Shown piece after piece: positions 39,329-51,504 of a DNA stretch of 64,000 bases; position 1 is the stretch's first letter; every line of letters starts with the position of its first letter. Source of the DNA: Octopus vulgaris (taxonomy: Eukaryota); NCBI GenBank assembly GCA_951406725.2, contig OX597816.1, forward strand, positions 147,994,001 through 148,058,000. The letters run 5' to 3'. The position numbers were made by a program, and so were the translations under genes. The notes beneath the pieces are model-generated. The model searched no databases. It had not been told where the DNA came from and worked only from the letters and a program-made list of their open reading frames with translations.

Positions 39329-40086
39329 GATTTTCTTTAAGTATTGGAGATAGTTTTAAAAAAGTTTTTTTAGCTGCTATTTCTAATGAGTTCAGTATGC
39401 GGCAAAGTAATTTATTTTACTAAGCCCTTTTATATAATGTAATAATTTGAATTCGCCTTAAATGGTCCCTTTGTATACTGAATACTTGGTGAAATTGATT
39501 AATTAATTAATTTTACCCTCAATTGTTGAAATTATAATTCATCTCTCTCTATATAATGCCTCGGATTTTACCGAAAAAAGCATAGTGTTTGCTGATTTTA
39601 ACCCACGCTGGTGGAAAGGGGAGAGCGGAAATTCTTCGTTTGCATATTTGAATTTGCTAACACTGTTAGTTTTGAGCAGATCTTCAGAAGCGATAACAGG
39701 CCGAAAGGGTATGCTCCCACTTTCAGTGTTTTCAAATCCAAACCAGGGAGTTCTGAGCTGATGATAGAAGTGTCGATTTTGACTAATCTTGAAACGTACG
39801 TTCTCAAATAACCTTTGCATTTGATTTTTTAATGTCTCTACCCTCATACTTTCGTGAGTTGAATTGAGCAAACACTATATGAGAGAGATTTTCTTTAAGT
39901 ATTGGAGATAGTTTTAAAAAAGTTTTTTTAGCTGCTATTTCTAATGAGTTCAGTATGCGGCAAAGTAATTTATTTTACTAAGCCCTTTTATATAATGTAA
40001 TAATTTGAATTCGCCTTAAATGGTCCCTTTGTATACTGAATACTTGGTGAAATTGATTAATTAATTAATTTTACCCTCAATTGTTG

Positions 40087-40093
<7 letters not shown>
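39329..40093 (+). mobile_element. Retrozyme-like element: 558-bp unit plus identical 207-bp terminal redundancy, inserted in (TA)n
   Basis: 39329-39535 is identical to 39887-40093. The intervening ~350 bp contains a hammerhead ribozyme. TA tracts on both flanks. Confidence 0.75.
39750..39812 (+). ncRNA. Type I hammerhead ribozyme
   Basis: Stem I tgag/ctca (plus gtt/aac). Core CTGATGA (39758-39764). Stem II AGA/TCT and GTCG/TGAC. GAAAC at 39791. Palindromic stem III ACGTACGT. Predicted cleavage after GUU at 39802. Confidence 0.8.
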
Positions 40094-40133
<40 letters not shown>

Positions 40134-40171
40134 ACATATATATATATATATATATATGTATACATATGTAT

Positions 40172-40350
40172 ATAGTTAATCCAAACAAGAAAACACAGAA
40201 AAAAACACAGCAACGCGAGGACGTGGAACAATTAAAGTATTATTTGACGCTCAGGAAAGAAGGGAAGGAGGGCTTAACGTTTCGAGCGGAGCTCTTCGTC
40301 GGAAACAAGGAGAAGGAAAGATCCCGAGAAGGGGAGACAGAGGAAAAAAA
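40172..40350 (-). mobile_element. Short (TA)n-associated repeat with a minimal hammerhead motif
   Basis: Minus strand gttt-CCGACGA-A-GAGC tcc GCTC-GAAAC-GTT-aagc. Confidence 0.6.
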
Positions 40351-41074
40351 TATTTTATATATATATGAATATGTAGGTTTTCTGCTCGTGTACCCATATC
40401 AATTAATTAATTAAAATAATAATTCGTCCGTCAATATGTGTGTATGAATGTATGTATATATGCATGTATCTATGTATGTATGTATGTATGTACGTATGTA
40501 TGTATCGATAAACGGACTCCAGAAAGTAAAAAAAAAAACACAAAGATCTAAGGTTTGGTATATACGTGATATAGTGTACGGTTAAAATAGTATAAAGTAT
40601 AAATATAAAAATATTGATATAAATGTTTAATCATAACACGGTATTGTATATGTATTTCTACATTGCTATTTAAATTTTTTTCTTTTAATTTGCTATATTA
40701 TTGATTGAAATCATGTGGTAATTTAATACGAAAGCAATTCCAGTCATTAGATAAGATGAAAAAAACAAAGCTTGTAAGAAGCCTCTCAGCAAAATCTCAA
40801 GTGAAACAGCTCTCCAAGAAATTAATTAAATACTAATGATTATTACTCTGCTCAGATATCGAAGAGCCATTTCATTTTAGCCTCAAAGTGAAGTATACCA
40901 ATAAATTTTTGCTTCGTAAACTAAATACTTGTGCTTCCTACCTTATTAAAATTGTGTTCATACACTTGTACGCAGAAGAAATTTCGAAGTCAATGTCCAA
41001 CTCCTTCTTCCAAGAGTTAACAAATATGTCGTCTACTAAAAAATTCTTTATAGAGCTTGACATAAAACAAATAT

Positions 41075-41385
41075 TTAATCGACCCATAGAGGACGAGAGA
41101 CAAAGTCGACCTCGTCGCAATTTGAAATCTGACTGTAAAGACGGATAAAATGCCGCTAAGTCTTTTGTCCGGAGTGCTAACGATTCTTCTACCTTGCAAT
41201 AATAATAATGATAATTGTAATAATAATAATGTATTCAAATTTAGACACAAAGCCAGAAATTTGGAGGGGTAATTCTATTATATCGATTCCAGTGTTCAAT
41301 TGGTACTTATTTTATCGACCCTGCAAGGATGGAATGCACAGTCGAGCTCGGAGCAATTTGAACTCAGAATGTAAAGACGCACGAA
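41075..41385 (-). mobile_element. Two degenerate SINE family 2 copies
   Basis: caaagtcgacctcg..atttgaa and ggtacttattttatcgaccc..atttgaactcagaatgt. Confidence 0.6.
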
Positions 41386-41449
41386 GGTGATGAAACCAAA
41401 GTTATAGAAATTGCAAAAGTCCCCAATAAATAATGTTTTTGTAGAATTA

Positions 41450-42400
41450 ATTTTTTTAAATTAGAAGGTGAAATATTACACAGAGTATCACTGTAGTATT
41501 ACTAATTAGGGTGAAGGAAACATTGAGTTGAAAGCGGTGGAACTGAAGCATTTTGACAAGGAAAGCATGAAGGATATCGACAGGAAGCAACAAACTGTGC
41601 ACAGAAGCAGACACTTATATGGATCAGATATGGACCGTTTGTACTGAAAGAAGAGGCTAATGGGACAATAGAAAACAAGTCTAGATAGTAAAAAGCAGTT
41701 TATTGTAAGATGCACCCAAAAGTATAAAAGGGCACAAGAAAAACTGGAAAATTTTCAAAGGAAAGAAGTCCCGTTTAGTATTTTTCACACATAAAGAAAA
41801 AGAGAGAAAAAAGCAAGAGATAAAAGATGAGAAGGCTTCGTAGGTTTGGTTACAGGCAGAAGTATTGAAGAAAGAGACCAGTGGAACATAAATTAAGGGC
41901 AAATGTAATTAAGAAAACAGGTCGAATATGTCTATTATTAAAAAAAAAATTAAGAAAACGTCTAAGCGACGGATTAAAGATGCTTCTCATCATGGACTAA
42001 ACACTATAATTCAGCAGGAAGATGATGAAAACGATTTTGACATTAGTATCATGTGATAAAATAGTATTAACAAGAAGAAAATACCTGCGACTCAGCATGA
42101 TATTTTGTTTATTTTAGGAAGCCAAAATTATGTAGCTTTCCTTCTTTTAACGAAGAAAGAATATATCAAGAAATTTGTTATAGTTGGAAATTTTATACAC
42201 TGGAATATCTACCATCAGTTTACACAGAAATGGAGTCCAAGACCAATATGCGAGATGTTATTGTTAACCAGGAGAAAAGTGTCCGTGTTTTGAAAGTATC
42301 TGCCTTAGCTGATGTAATAAACCTTTCAGAGAAACAGAGAAATTATCTAAATATGAAGTTATCGAAGAGGAGAGAAACATATTTCGTTAAAATGTCACAG
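41450..42400 (+). mobile_element. Very degenerate RLE-type LINE remnant
   Basis: LTKKEYIKKFVIVGNFIHWNIYHQF resembles LAxxEYxxRHDxVGxYIHW. Confidence 0.45.
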
Positions 42401-42780
42401 AATTCTAATCTCTCGCGATCACGTGTGGATTTACTACTAAAATGCATCAACAAATTCCGGCCAAACTGAACTCAGAGCGGTTAAATATGATTAGTTTTCA
42501 AAAGAATTACTTCTATAATTGTTGAGGCACTCCAGCAGTAAATCTATATGTGAAGTTCGAAATTGAAATTCTAACCAAATATCAACAACACCTCGCAATT
42601 TATGACTTTGGTCTTGCAAGCGTATTCGTAATCTAAGTAAATTTAATCTCATTTTTCCATGCCACGGCTGACGAAATTACCACTACTTCACCACGAGATC
42701 AATTACGTTCCATGTACATACCTACATACATACAAATATACGTAAGAATGTATTTTTATGTATGTACATGTATATGCATC

Positions 42781-42873
<93 letters not shown>

Positions 42874-43283
42874 ATGCATATATACAAAAATATACATACA
42901 AGTGTATATATATATACACACACATACACACATACACATATACACACACATACCTCAATACTGCAGACCTCCCTTTAACGGATTTTTCGGACGCATATCA
43001 ACAACACCTCTTCACCCGGCATGGTAATTTTGGTTTTAAATCAAAAAGATTGAATTTACTGCATTAGTGTATATAATGTATATTTACAACGTACAAGGAT
43101 TTTACACTTCAGATTGGATAGCGTACTTGATTTAGAATACAGTACTGCATTTATTCCCCTCACGTTCCTAATGCAATTGTTGATATTGGCAACTTTTAAC
43201 GTAACCTTAGTGTCGGTACAGACAGACAATCGGCTTCACCGTGGTACCGAGTTCTGAGTGTATGTGTGCATATATATATATAT

Positions 43284-43690
43284 ACTCTTTACTCTTTTAC
43301 TCTTTTACTTGTTTCAGTCAGTTGACTGCGGCCATGCTAGGGCACCGCCTATAGTCGAGCAACTCAACCCCGGGACTTATTCTTTGTAAGCCCAGTACTT
43401 ATTCTATCGGTCTCTTTTGCCGAACCACTAAGTGACGGGGACATAAACACACCAGCATCGGTTGACAAGCAATGCTTGGGGGACAGACATAGACACACAA
43501 ACATACACGCACACAAATATTTATACATATATACGACGGGCTTCTTTCAGTTACCGTCTACCAAATCCACTCACAAGGCTTTGGTCGGCCCGAGGCTATA
43601 GTAGAAGACACTTGCCCAAGGTGCTACGCAGTGGGACTGAAACCGGAACCATGTGGTTGGTTAGCAAGCTACTTACCACACAGCCACTCC

Positions 43691-43694
<4 letters not shown>
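43284..43694 (-). mobile_element. SINE family 3
   Basis: Reverse complement of the full element, with an (ACTCTTTT)n tail. Confidence 0.9.
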
Positions 43695-43714
<20 letters not shown>

Positions 43715-43735
<21 letters not shown>

Positions 43736-44070
43736 GTGTGTGTGCGAATGTGTGTGTATGTATATCTGTCTTGCGGCTTTTTTTATATAATTTGGTTAAT
43801 CTACGTATATAAAGATATATCGCCACAGACTTTGTTTGATAGAACACTTTAGCTAGATTCCTGGTTTAGTAAGCATATCTATAATATATGAAGAGTAATT
43901 ATGCTGAAGCATTTCAAATATATATATACATATATATTCCAGGATTGTACTCTGAGTTCAAATGTCAGCTTTACCTTCCACCAGTTCAGGGTCGATAAAA
44001 TAAGTACCAGTTGAGTAATGAGGTTGATGTAATCGACTAGCCTCTCCTACAAAATTCAGAACTTGCCTGC

Positions 44071-44156
<86 letters not shown>

Positions 44157-44577
44157 CAGACACACATATATGTACAAGAGGGGTGCTGAAAAGTTCCAGC
44201 ATTTAAGGGTATCGCGAAACGGCTGGTTGGAGGGCAAACCTTTCACAAGACTTAGAAAAACTGAAGGACCGCTGCTGCGTGTGAATGTGAAGGGCGAATA
44301 TGCTGAAGATTTTTATCCTTATTTTCTTTTATCCAAAGAACTCTCTTACATACATGTGTGTGTGTGAGAGAGAGAGAGATAGAGAGAGAGAGAGAAAAAG
44401 AGAGAGTGTGTGTGTGTATCTGTCTTTTAGCTTTTTTTGTATAATTTGTTTAATCTACGTATATAAAGATAAATCGCCACAGACTTTCTTTGATAGAACA
44501 CTTTTGCTAGATTCTTGGTTTAGTATGCAAGCATATCTATAATATATGAAGAGTAATTTCGTTGAAGCATTTCAAGT
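43715..44577 (+). repeat. Local direct duplication of ~200 bp (43715-43918 and 44365-44577)
   Basis: Both copies contain taatctacgtatataaagata..tcgccacagacttt..tttgatagaacac..aagcatatctataatatatgaagagtaatt. Confidence 0.85.
44175..44348 (+). mobile_element. Mariner-derived non-autonomous element
   Basis: TA followed by caagaggggtgctgaaaagttcc (TIR-like). Internal remnant of the mariner C-terminus (KL..R...CV..KGEY.E). Confidence 0.55.
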
Positions 44578-44821
44578 ACACATCATCCTGTATTTGCTGG
44601 CGCACTGTAGTAGTAAATCTATCCACGAGAGAGTTAGATTAGGATTCATTGACGTTTTAAACAAATTTTGACAGTTTGCATGCTAGGGTGGCTCTGCTCA
44701 CGCGAATGAGTTCGTACTTTGAGTAAAGTCAATCTTTTCGTCACCCTGCTCAGCTGGCAATAAACTTGTAAAAAACACTTCCATTCTTTCACGAAATATA
44801 TTATATTACAAACATATATGA

Positions 44822-44965
<144 letters not shown>

Positions 44966-44969
44966 GCAT

Positions 44970-45300
44970 GCGTGGCTCAGTGGTTAGAGCGTCGAGCTTA
45001 CGATCGTGAGGTTGTGAGCTCGAATCCCGACCGGGCTGCGTGTTGTGTTCTTGAGCAAGACACTTTATTTCACGTTGCTCCAGTTAACTTAGCTGTAGAA
45101 ATGAGTTGCGACGTCACAGGTGCCAAGCTGTATCGGCCCTTGCCTTTCCCTTGGACAACATCGGTGGCGTGGAGAGGGGAGGCCGGTATGCATGGGCGAC
45201 TGCTGGTGTTCCATGAAACAACCTTGCCCAGACTTGTGCCTCAGAGAGTAACTCTCTAGGTGCAAACCCATGGTCAGTGTCTGACCGAAGGGGGTCACCT
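44970..45300 (+). mobile_element. tRNA-derived SINE (family 4) in (TA)n
   Basis: A-box TGGCTCAGTGG, B-box GAGCTCGAATCCC, then ttgagcaagacactt..ttgctccag central domain. Confidence 0.85.
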
Positions 45301-45319
45301 ATATGTGTATATATATACT

Positions 45320-45351
<32 letters not shown>

Positions 45352-45375
45352 TGTATATATATATACACACACACA

Positions 45376-45443
<68 letters not shown>

Positions 45444-45765
45444 TGTGTGCATGTATATGTATGTACGTACTACGTATGTATGTAAAAATGCTACTTTCAA
45501 ACGAATAAATTTTCTCCTGATTTTTGTAATATATGCGCAGTTAGTTTGCTAATAAGATATTAGTTTAAAATGCATAAAGCTATTGGACAGCACAATCTTC
45601 CTTTCTTTTTCTAACACTTTATACTTTACAATACTTTTCTATGATTTTGCTTAGAATAAAACATGTCGAAAGCTGGTGTGATGTCTAATTTTTTGTGACA
45701 ATTTATATTATTCACACTCACGTATATTTGATTTAATGCATTTTTTTCATAGTTGTTATATAACT

Positions 45766-46097
45766 GAGATGTACTTGCATAGCAAGTGATTTGATTTGAG
45801 ATCATGTGCTGGAACGAAAACAATTGCAGCGTGGAAGGTATTTGTAAGCCATTTAAGATACACACAAAAGCCGTTCGATTCACTTCAACATTTAAGTTTA
45901 ATTTGTCAAAATATTTTCGTCGCTATAAGACCGCGACCTGTTCACTGAGATGCAGCACGGATTTTTGTCAGTGAACAGGTCGCGGTCTCATAGTGACGAA
46001 AATATTTTGACAAATTAAACTTAAATGTTGAAGTGAATCGAACGGCTTTTGTGTGTTTCTTAAATGGCTTACAAACACCTTCCTCGCTGCAATTGTT
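45766..46097. mobile_element. Young foldback element; near-perfect hairpin 45819-46097
   Basis: Arms of ~130 bp with about 5 mismatches and a ~20-nt loop. Confidence 0.9.
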
Positions 46098-46367
46098 ATA
46101 TAACTTCCTTAATCAAGCAATGATCGAAGCAATGAAGGGACCTTCACTCCCTCAATCGGTCTACTACAAATATCAGATATAGCGCTTTCAAGTCTCATTC
46201 AACGTACTTAATACAAGGAAGGGCACTCACAACGATGTTTTCCTGGATATACAAAACGACGCGACAGCATTTCTTTGTCTTCGACTATAGGGCTGTTTGA
46301 TGAGATGGAACAGCGAGATGAAAGAGAACATCAACTAAATAATTTGATATTTTGTATACAATTTTAA

Positions 46368-46770
46368 GGCGGCGTGCTGGCAGAATCGTCAGCATGCCGG
46401 ACAAAATGCTTCTTCCGCTGGAGTCGACTTTAGCTTTCATCCCTCCGGATTCGATAAAATAAGTAGAATTGGAGTCGATTTAATCGACTTACGAAATTGC
46501 CAAAATTTGAAGCCAATATGTTTGTATATAACTGAAGGCGCGAATCCTAGCATTTAGGGTGTTTCACTTTCGATCGCCAGACTGTGATTTTGATAACCGA
46601 ACCGTGCGGTGCGCTACGTTCTTGAACAAAACACGTCATTTCACCTTGCTCCGGTTTACTTAGCTGTGACTAACCCTGCGACGAACAGGCCTCCCATTCA
46701 GGGAGAATGTCATTACCTAGATCACATATACGCCGCGGAAACCGGATAAATGGCCCTGAGAGTCCTAAGA
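46368..46770 (+). mobile_element. Degenerate SINE family 2 copy followed by a family 4-like copy
   Basis: ggcggcgtgctggcagaatcg...gtcgacttta; ttcttgaacaaaacac..ttgctccggtttacttagctgtg. Confidence 0.65.
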
Positions 46771-48973
46771 TGCGACGCAATCATGTCCAGAACTTGATGA
46801 TGATGATAATGATGATAGTGAAGATTCAATAATCAGCTTTTAATGCCGGGAAGCTTTCAGACGAATGCGATTATTGTAGGACTGCTCTTCATATACTAAT
46901 TCGAAGGAAGATTAAATCACCAAAGTGGTTTCTAATAGCTGTTCCAAGAACCCATGCAAAAAATTCGATTCAGCGACAGACAGAAAATTTACCAAAAAGC
47001 TGTCTGTTTTAAAATGTTGCCACTGTCTATACGAGATGATTTTATATTATCTGTTTCTTCGTGGAATGGTTTCTATAAGAGTTCATTTTTAGGACCGGTG
47101 CTGATGTAATTTTGCTAGCTACAACATCCCATCAATTACATGTGCTCTGGCTGCACACAATAATATATCATGTTTTTTGTATATGACATATACAAATAAC
47201 ATCAGTATATCACCAAACATTTTTCATATAAGGTACTATTTATTTTCAGGTTCATATCCAGTTTTGTGTTTTTTCTGTCAGTTCCTTCACCACACTTATC
47301 CTCAGTTAGCCCTCATCAAGCATATCTATCATCAAAGGCTTTCTAACCGTAACCAGCTTGTCTTTCTTTGTTTGATACATCCTTATCCACCATGTTATTA
47401 CATTATCAATCACGTTCGGAGTGTATTACGTGTTGATCTACATCTTGAACTGTTGTGAAGAGACTGATAAATTGGCTACGCACTACTTCATGGTATTCTC
47501 CATCTACTTCTACTTATAGGCAGCGTATAAGGATACAGAATCACATTTTCTCTGAGTTCTAGTTAATGTTATTCTGTATCTACAACTGTTATAACATTTC
47601 TTCCAACCTTTTAAACTCTATCTCGCTCTTTAACTATTACATTATTTAGGCTATTATTCGCGGCCACAACCCTACGATTCTTTCTCTTGCAATGTTTCCT
47701 TTTGCACAAAATATTTTTCTCTGTGGTAACTATCTTATTCTGTTCTATTCATTTCATCGGCATTATATTCTGCGCTGTAATATGTCATCTCTATCTTGTA
47801 ATCTCGTATATCACATCAATGATATTTAGCCACATGCCTTGTTGCCAACTTGCTTGTTCACTTTGAATACTATGACCTTTGTGCCACTGTCTCTTCCAGG
47901 CAAACGGAATTATAACGTGCAGAACCATATTTTGCGAAGGATTTACAATTTTGTTTGAAGCATATATGTGTGGCTATTGTGCATGTGTCTATTGTACATA
48001 TGCTACATAACAAATTCTCTCTCTAGAGAAAACTGAACATTCTGGAGAATTCAATTGATTCACTCAATACATTAGATTAGATTTTTTATAAACTAGTCGT
48101 AAAAAGAACAGCATGGACAAGGGTACAAGTAAAAAGGCAGTAATGAAGATAATTGTCAATAGTGCAGACTGCTACTTTCGAGTATCTATCATTTCCTTTT
48201 ACGTGGTGCGTTGGCAAGTTAGCTAAGAAAGTCGAAGATCACTTATTTGGTTATGATCTGTTCTACTTTCTGCATAATGAAATTCATCTGGGATTTTTAA
48301 TAGGAAGCAATAAGAATAACCTATACATATAAATTCCTTATGTAAGTTCAACTGAAAAATATTTTATATAAAGAATATAGTATTAGTTAATGTGTTTCAC
48401 AGAGATGTCTGTCATCATAAAGCAAGTCACATTACCTCAAGAGTGTCTACTTCCGTGTTGTAATATTTTTGTAATTATTGATGCAATATATTGCAGATAG
48501 CTTCTAACATGAGAGCGACAGCTGTTTATAGTATAATTGTCTAAATGTGTGCGTGTGTGTGTGTGTGTGTTGTGAATAACACCTGATAATAAAAGCTGTA
48601 TGTATTCATACACACACACGCACGCATACACACACATACACACAGATATATATATATATATATATATTTATATACATATATATATGGTTGTATATCTATA
48701 TGTCTATATACATATCATTTTGTCAAAAAAAAACACTTTCTCCTTTGGCGAATTCATTCCATTACAACCATTTCAATAACATCTCATTCTTCTGGTGTTG
48801 ATACTAGACGAACAAGTAAATGTCTACACATTCCTGAGTGTATTCTGCCTCTTAGACATACGAGAGAGCAAAAGTACAAAACTCCAAATAGTTAACGATT
48901 AAATCACTTGCTAATTACTAGCATGGTTACAAACTCAGGGTCCTACCACAATTTACTAAATCTTACTTAATAT

Positions 48974-49200
48974 ACTCTTTACTCTTACTCTTTTACTCTT
49001 TTACTTGTTTCAGTCATATGACTGCGGCCATGCTGGAGCACCGCCTCTAGTCGAGAAAATCGACCCCGGGAATTATTCGTTGTAAGCCTAGTACTTATTC
49101 TATCGGTCTCTTTTGCCGAACCGCTAAGGGACGGGGACGTAAACACACCAGCATCGGTTGTCAAGCAATGCTAGGGAGCCAAACACAGACACACAAACAT

Positions 49201-49267
<67 letters not shown>

Positions 49268-49432
49268 TACGACAGGCTTCTTTCAGTTTCCGTCTACCAA
49301 ATCCACTCACAAGGCATTGGTCGGCCGGAGGCTATAGTAGAAGACACTTGCCCAAGGTGCCACGCAGTGGGACTGAATCCGGAACCATGTGGTTGGTTAG
49401 CAAGCTACTTACCACACAGCCACTCCTGCGCC
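48974..49432 (-). mobile_element. SINE family 3
   Basis: Full-length reverse copy. Confidence 0.9.
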
Positions 49433-50099
49433 TATATATATATATATTATATATTATATATATTATATATATATATTATATATTATATATTATAATTAAT
49501 ATTAGGTTGTTCATATTACTAAACGTATTGTTATATTAACACTTGCATGGGTGTAGCCATATTGGGTAATAATAGCTCATGGGTAGTCATCTACTGCAGT
49601 ACCTAAATACAGACCTATACAATCTAGAGAGGAAATCAGTTAATATTAAGTTATTAATCTTAAGTTATGTTTTACGGGGAGGGTCCTAATGTTCTATGGG
49701 GTAAGGGCTGTGTTGTTCCTAAGTGGGTAGGACTAATAGGGCCCACTATATGTGGAGGTAGATCGGTATGCTGGCTGAAAAATTAAGTCCAGATTGAAGC
49801 AAGTGCACACAACCTCAGCCATGGTATAAAAGAAGGCAATGGTGCTTAACCTGAATGTTTAAAACCCCTGGTAACTAATTTTAGTTTTCGCTACCTTTTA
49901 TACCAAGGGTAAGCTTGTTTGCACTAGCTTCATGAGTGGCACTGTGTAGGTTGTCTGTTTACTTTGTTTTATATGTTAGGCCTGCACATGTTAAATTTTA
50001 TTATTTCTCAAATACACTCGCACAAACGCTCATACTTATACATTCATTCACACATAGATATACTACTACATCTCTGAGCATCCATAGAACTGGCATGGT

Positions 50100-51260
50100 T
50101 TCATTGTCGCTTGTCTTGAATGTTCTCAGAATCGCTCGCACGTGGTGAACATATTGGTGATATCATGTACATGAAACGATGCATTGTTTCGCACACCAAT
50201 GTCCAGGTCACACTTTGGTTTTGACTCTGGGATGCTGCTTCTTCTAGTCTAATGTAATTTTGTTGTGCTGTGTTAACAGAAGCCGTTAGATAGTGGAGGG
50301 CTTGGACTTTTCTTGCATTCAAATGCGTGTCGCTTCCCTCAGTCCATTAGATGGCATCGAAATCTTTCTCTAGAGCATACATCGGGAGGATTCTTCATTG
50401 TGCTGCTCTCGTGTCGTTGGTATACTTAGTAACAATGGCCAATGGATATATCTGGTTGTATATATGTGAGGGCCGACACAAACAGCAGCGGCTCCAAGAC
50501 ACTTCCCTGAAGCACTTCACTCGCCACAAATGTCTCCTTGGAGAGTGATCCATTGGCTGCTACAGCTTGTTCTCTGCCTTTTAACAAATTATGTAACCAT
50601 ACTTCCTGTTCAATTTTACAAGTTTGTGATATATCCCGTGTTCAACGTTAATAGCCTTTACAAAATCGAAGTTTGTCACGTTTGAGCGATTCATAAGTTG
50701 TTTCAGCATTCAGCCATAAGGCTCCAGGAGATGAGTAAAGCATATTCTTGCTGAGAGGAAGTCATGCTCAGTGTCAGGGAGCGAGTCATGATCTTCTAGG
50801 AATGTGGTTAGTTTCTTCGTGACAATACGTTCGAGCACAGACCCATAATGTTCAGCATCTGCTCAGCTTTCTCCCTTCACGGATAGCATATATTCTACCG
50901 TCTTTTAACGTTCTGCGAATTCTCACATTTGCAAGGAAGCTTTGGAAGAATATCTGCAGTGGTCTTGTTAAGTTTATAAGTTTATAAGTTTGTAAGAGAC
51001 TTGCCGGGAATACATCATGATCAATTTTGAGTTTCAAAACAATTTATTAATGATATTACGTCAATTCTATTTTCTATTTTGATGCAATCGAAAATTGCCA
51101 TCCCTTTGTGCAGGCCTGTAGTGTAAAGGAGACGTTCGGCATATTTATTTTCAAGTGTACCAACGGTGATTTGAAAACACTCTGGTACCGCATGCTCAGT
51201 ATTTCTCTTATCCTTTCTTCGAAAATTGATCCCATCTTGTATCGCACTAGAGCAGACACT
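50100..51260 (-). pseudogene. CR1/L2-type LINE reverse transcriptase relic
   Basis: VLERIVTKKLTTFLEDHDSLPDTEHDF..CFTHLL, NFDFVKA, SEVLQGSVLEPLLF. Confidence 0.65.
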
Positions 51261-51291
51261 TTTGTAAACTATAAATATATATATATATATA

Positions 51292-51455
51292 GGCGCAGGA
51301 GTGCTTGTGTGGTAAGTAATGTGCTTACCAGCTACATGGTTCCGGGTTCGGTCTCACTGCGTGGCATATTGGACAAGTGTCTTCTACTATATCCTCAGGA
51401 AAACCCAAACCTTGTGAGTGGATTTGGTAGACGGAAACTGAAAGAAACCTGTCGT
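51292..51455 (+). mobile_element. SINE family 3, 5' half only
   Basis: Head through gaaagaaacctgtcgt, ending in the internal microsatellite. Confidence 0.85.
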
Positions 51456-51460
51456 GTGTG

Positions 51461-51504
<44 letters not shown>

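Noticed and set aside
39539-39871. 110-aa minus-strand ORF spanning the ribozyme domain
   Set aside because: No recognisable motif and a length compatible with chance. It is worth revisiting only if conserved across family copies.
44970-45045. tRNA-like sequence with A and B boxes
   Set aside because: It continues into a SINE body and has no proper acceptor stem. The same applies to the other SINE heads.
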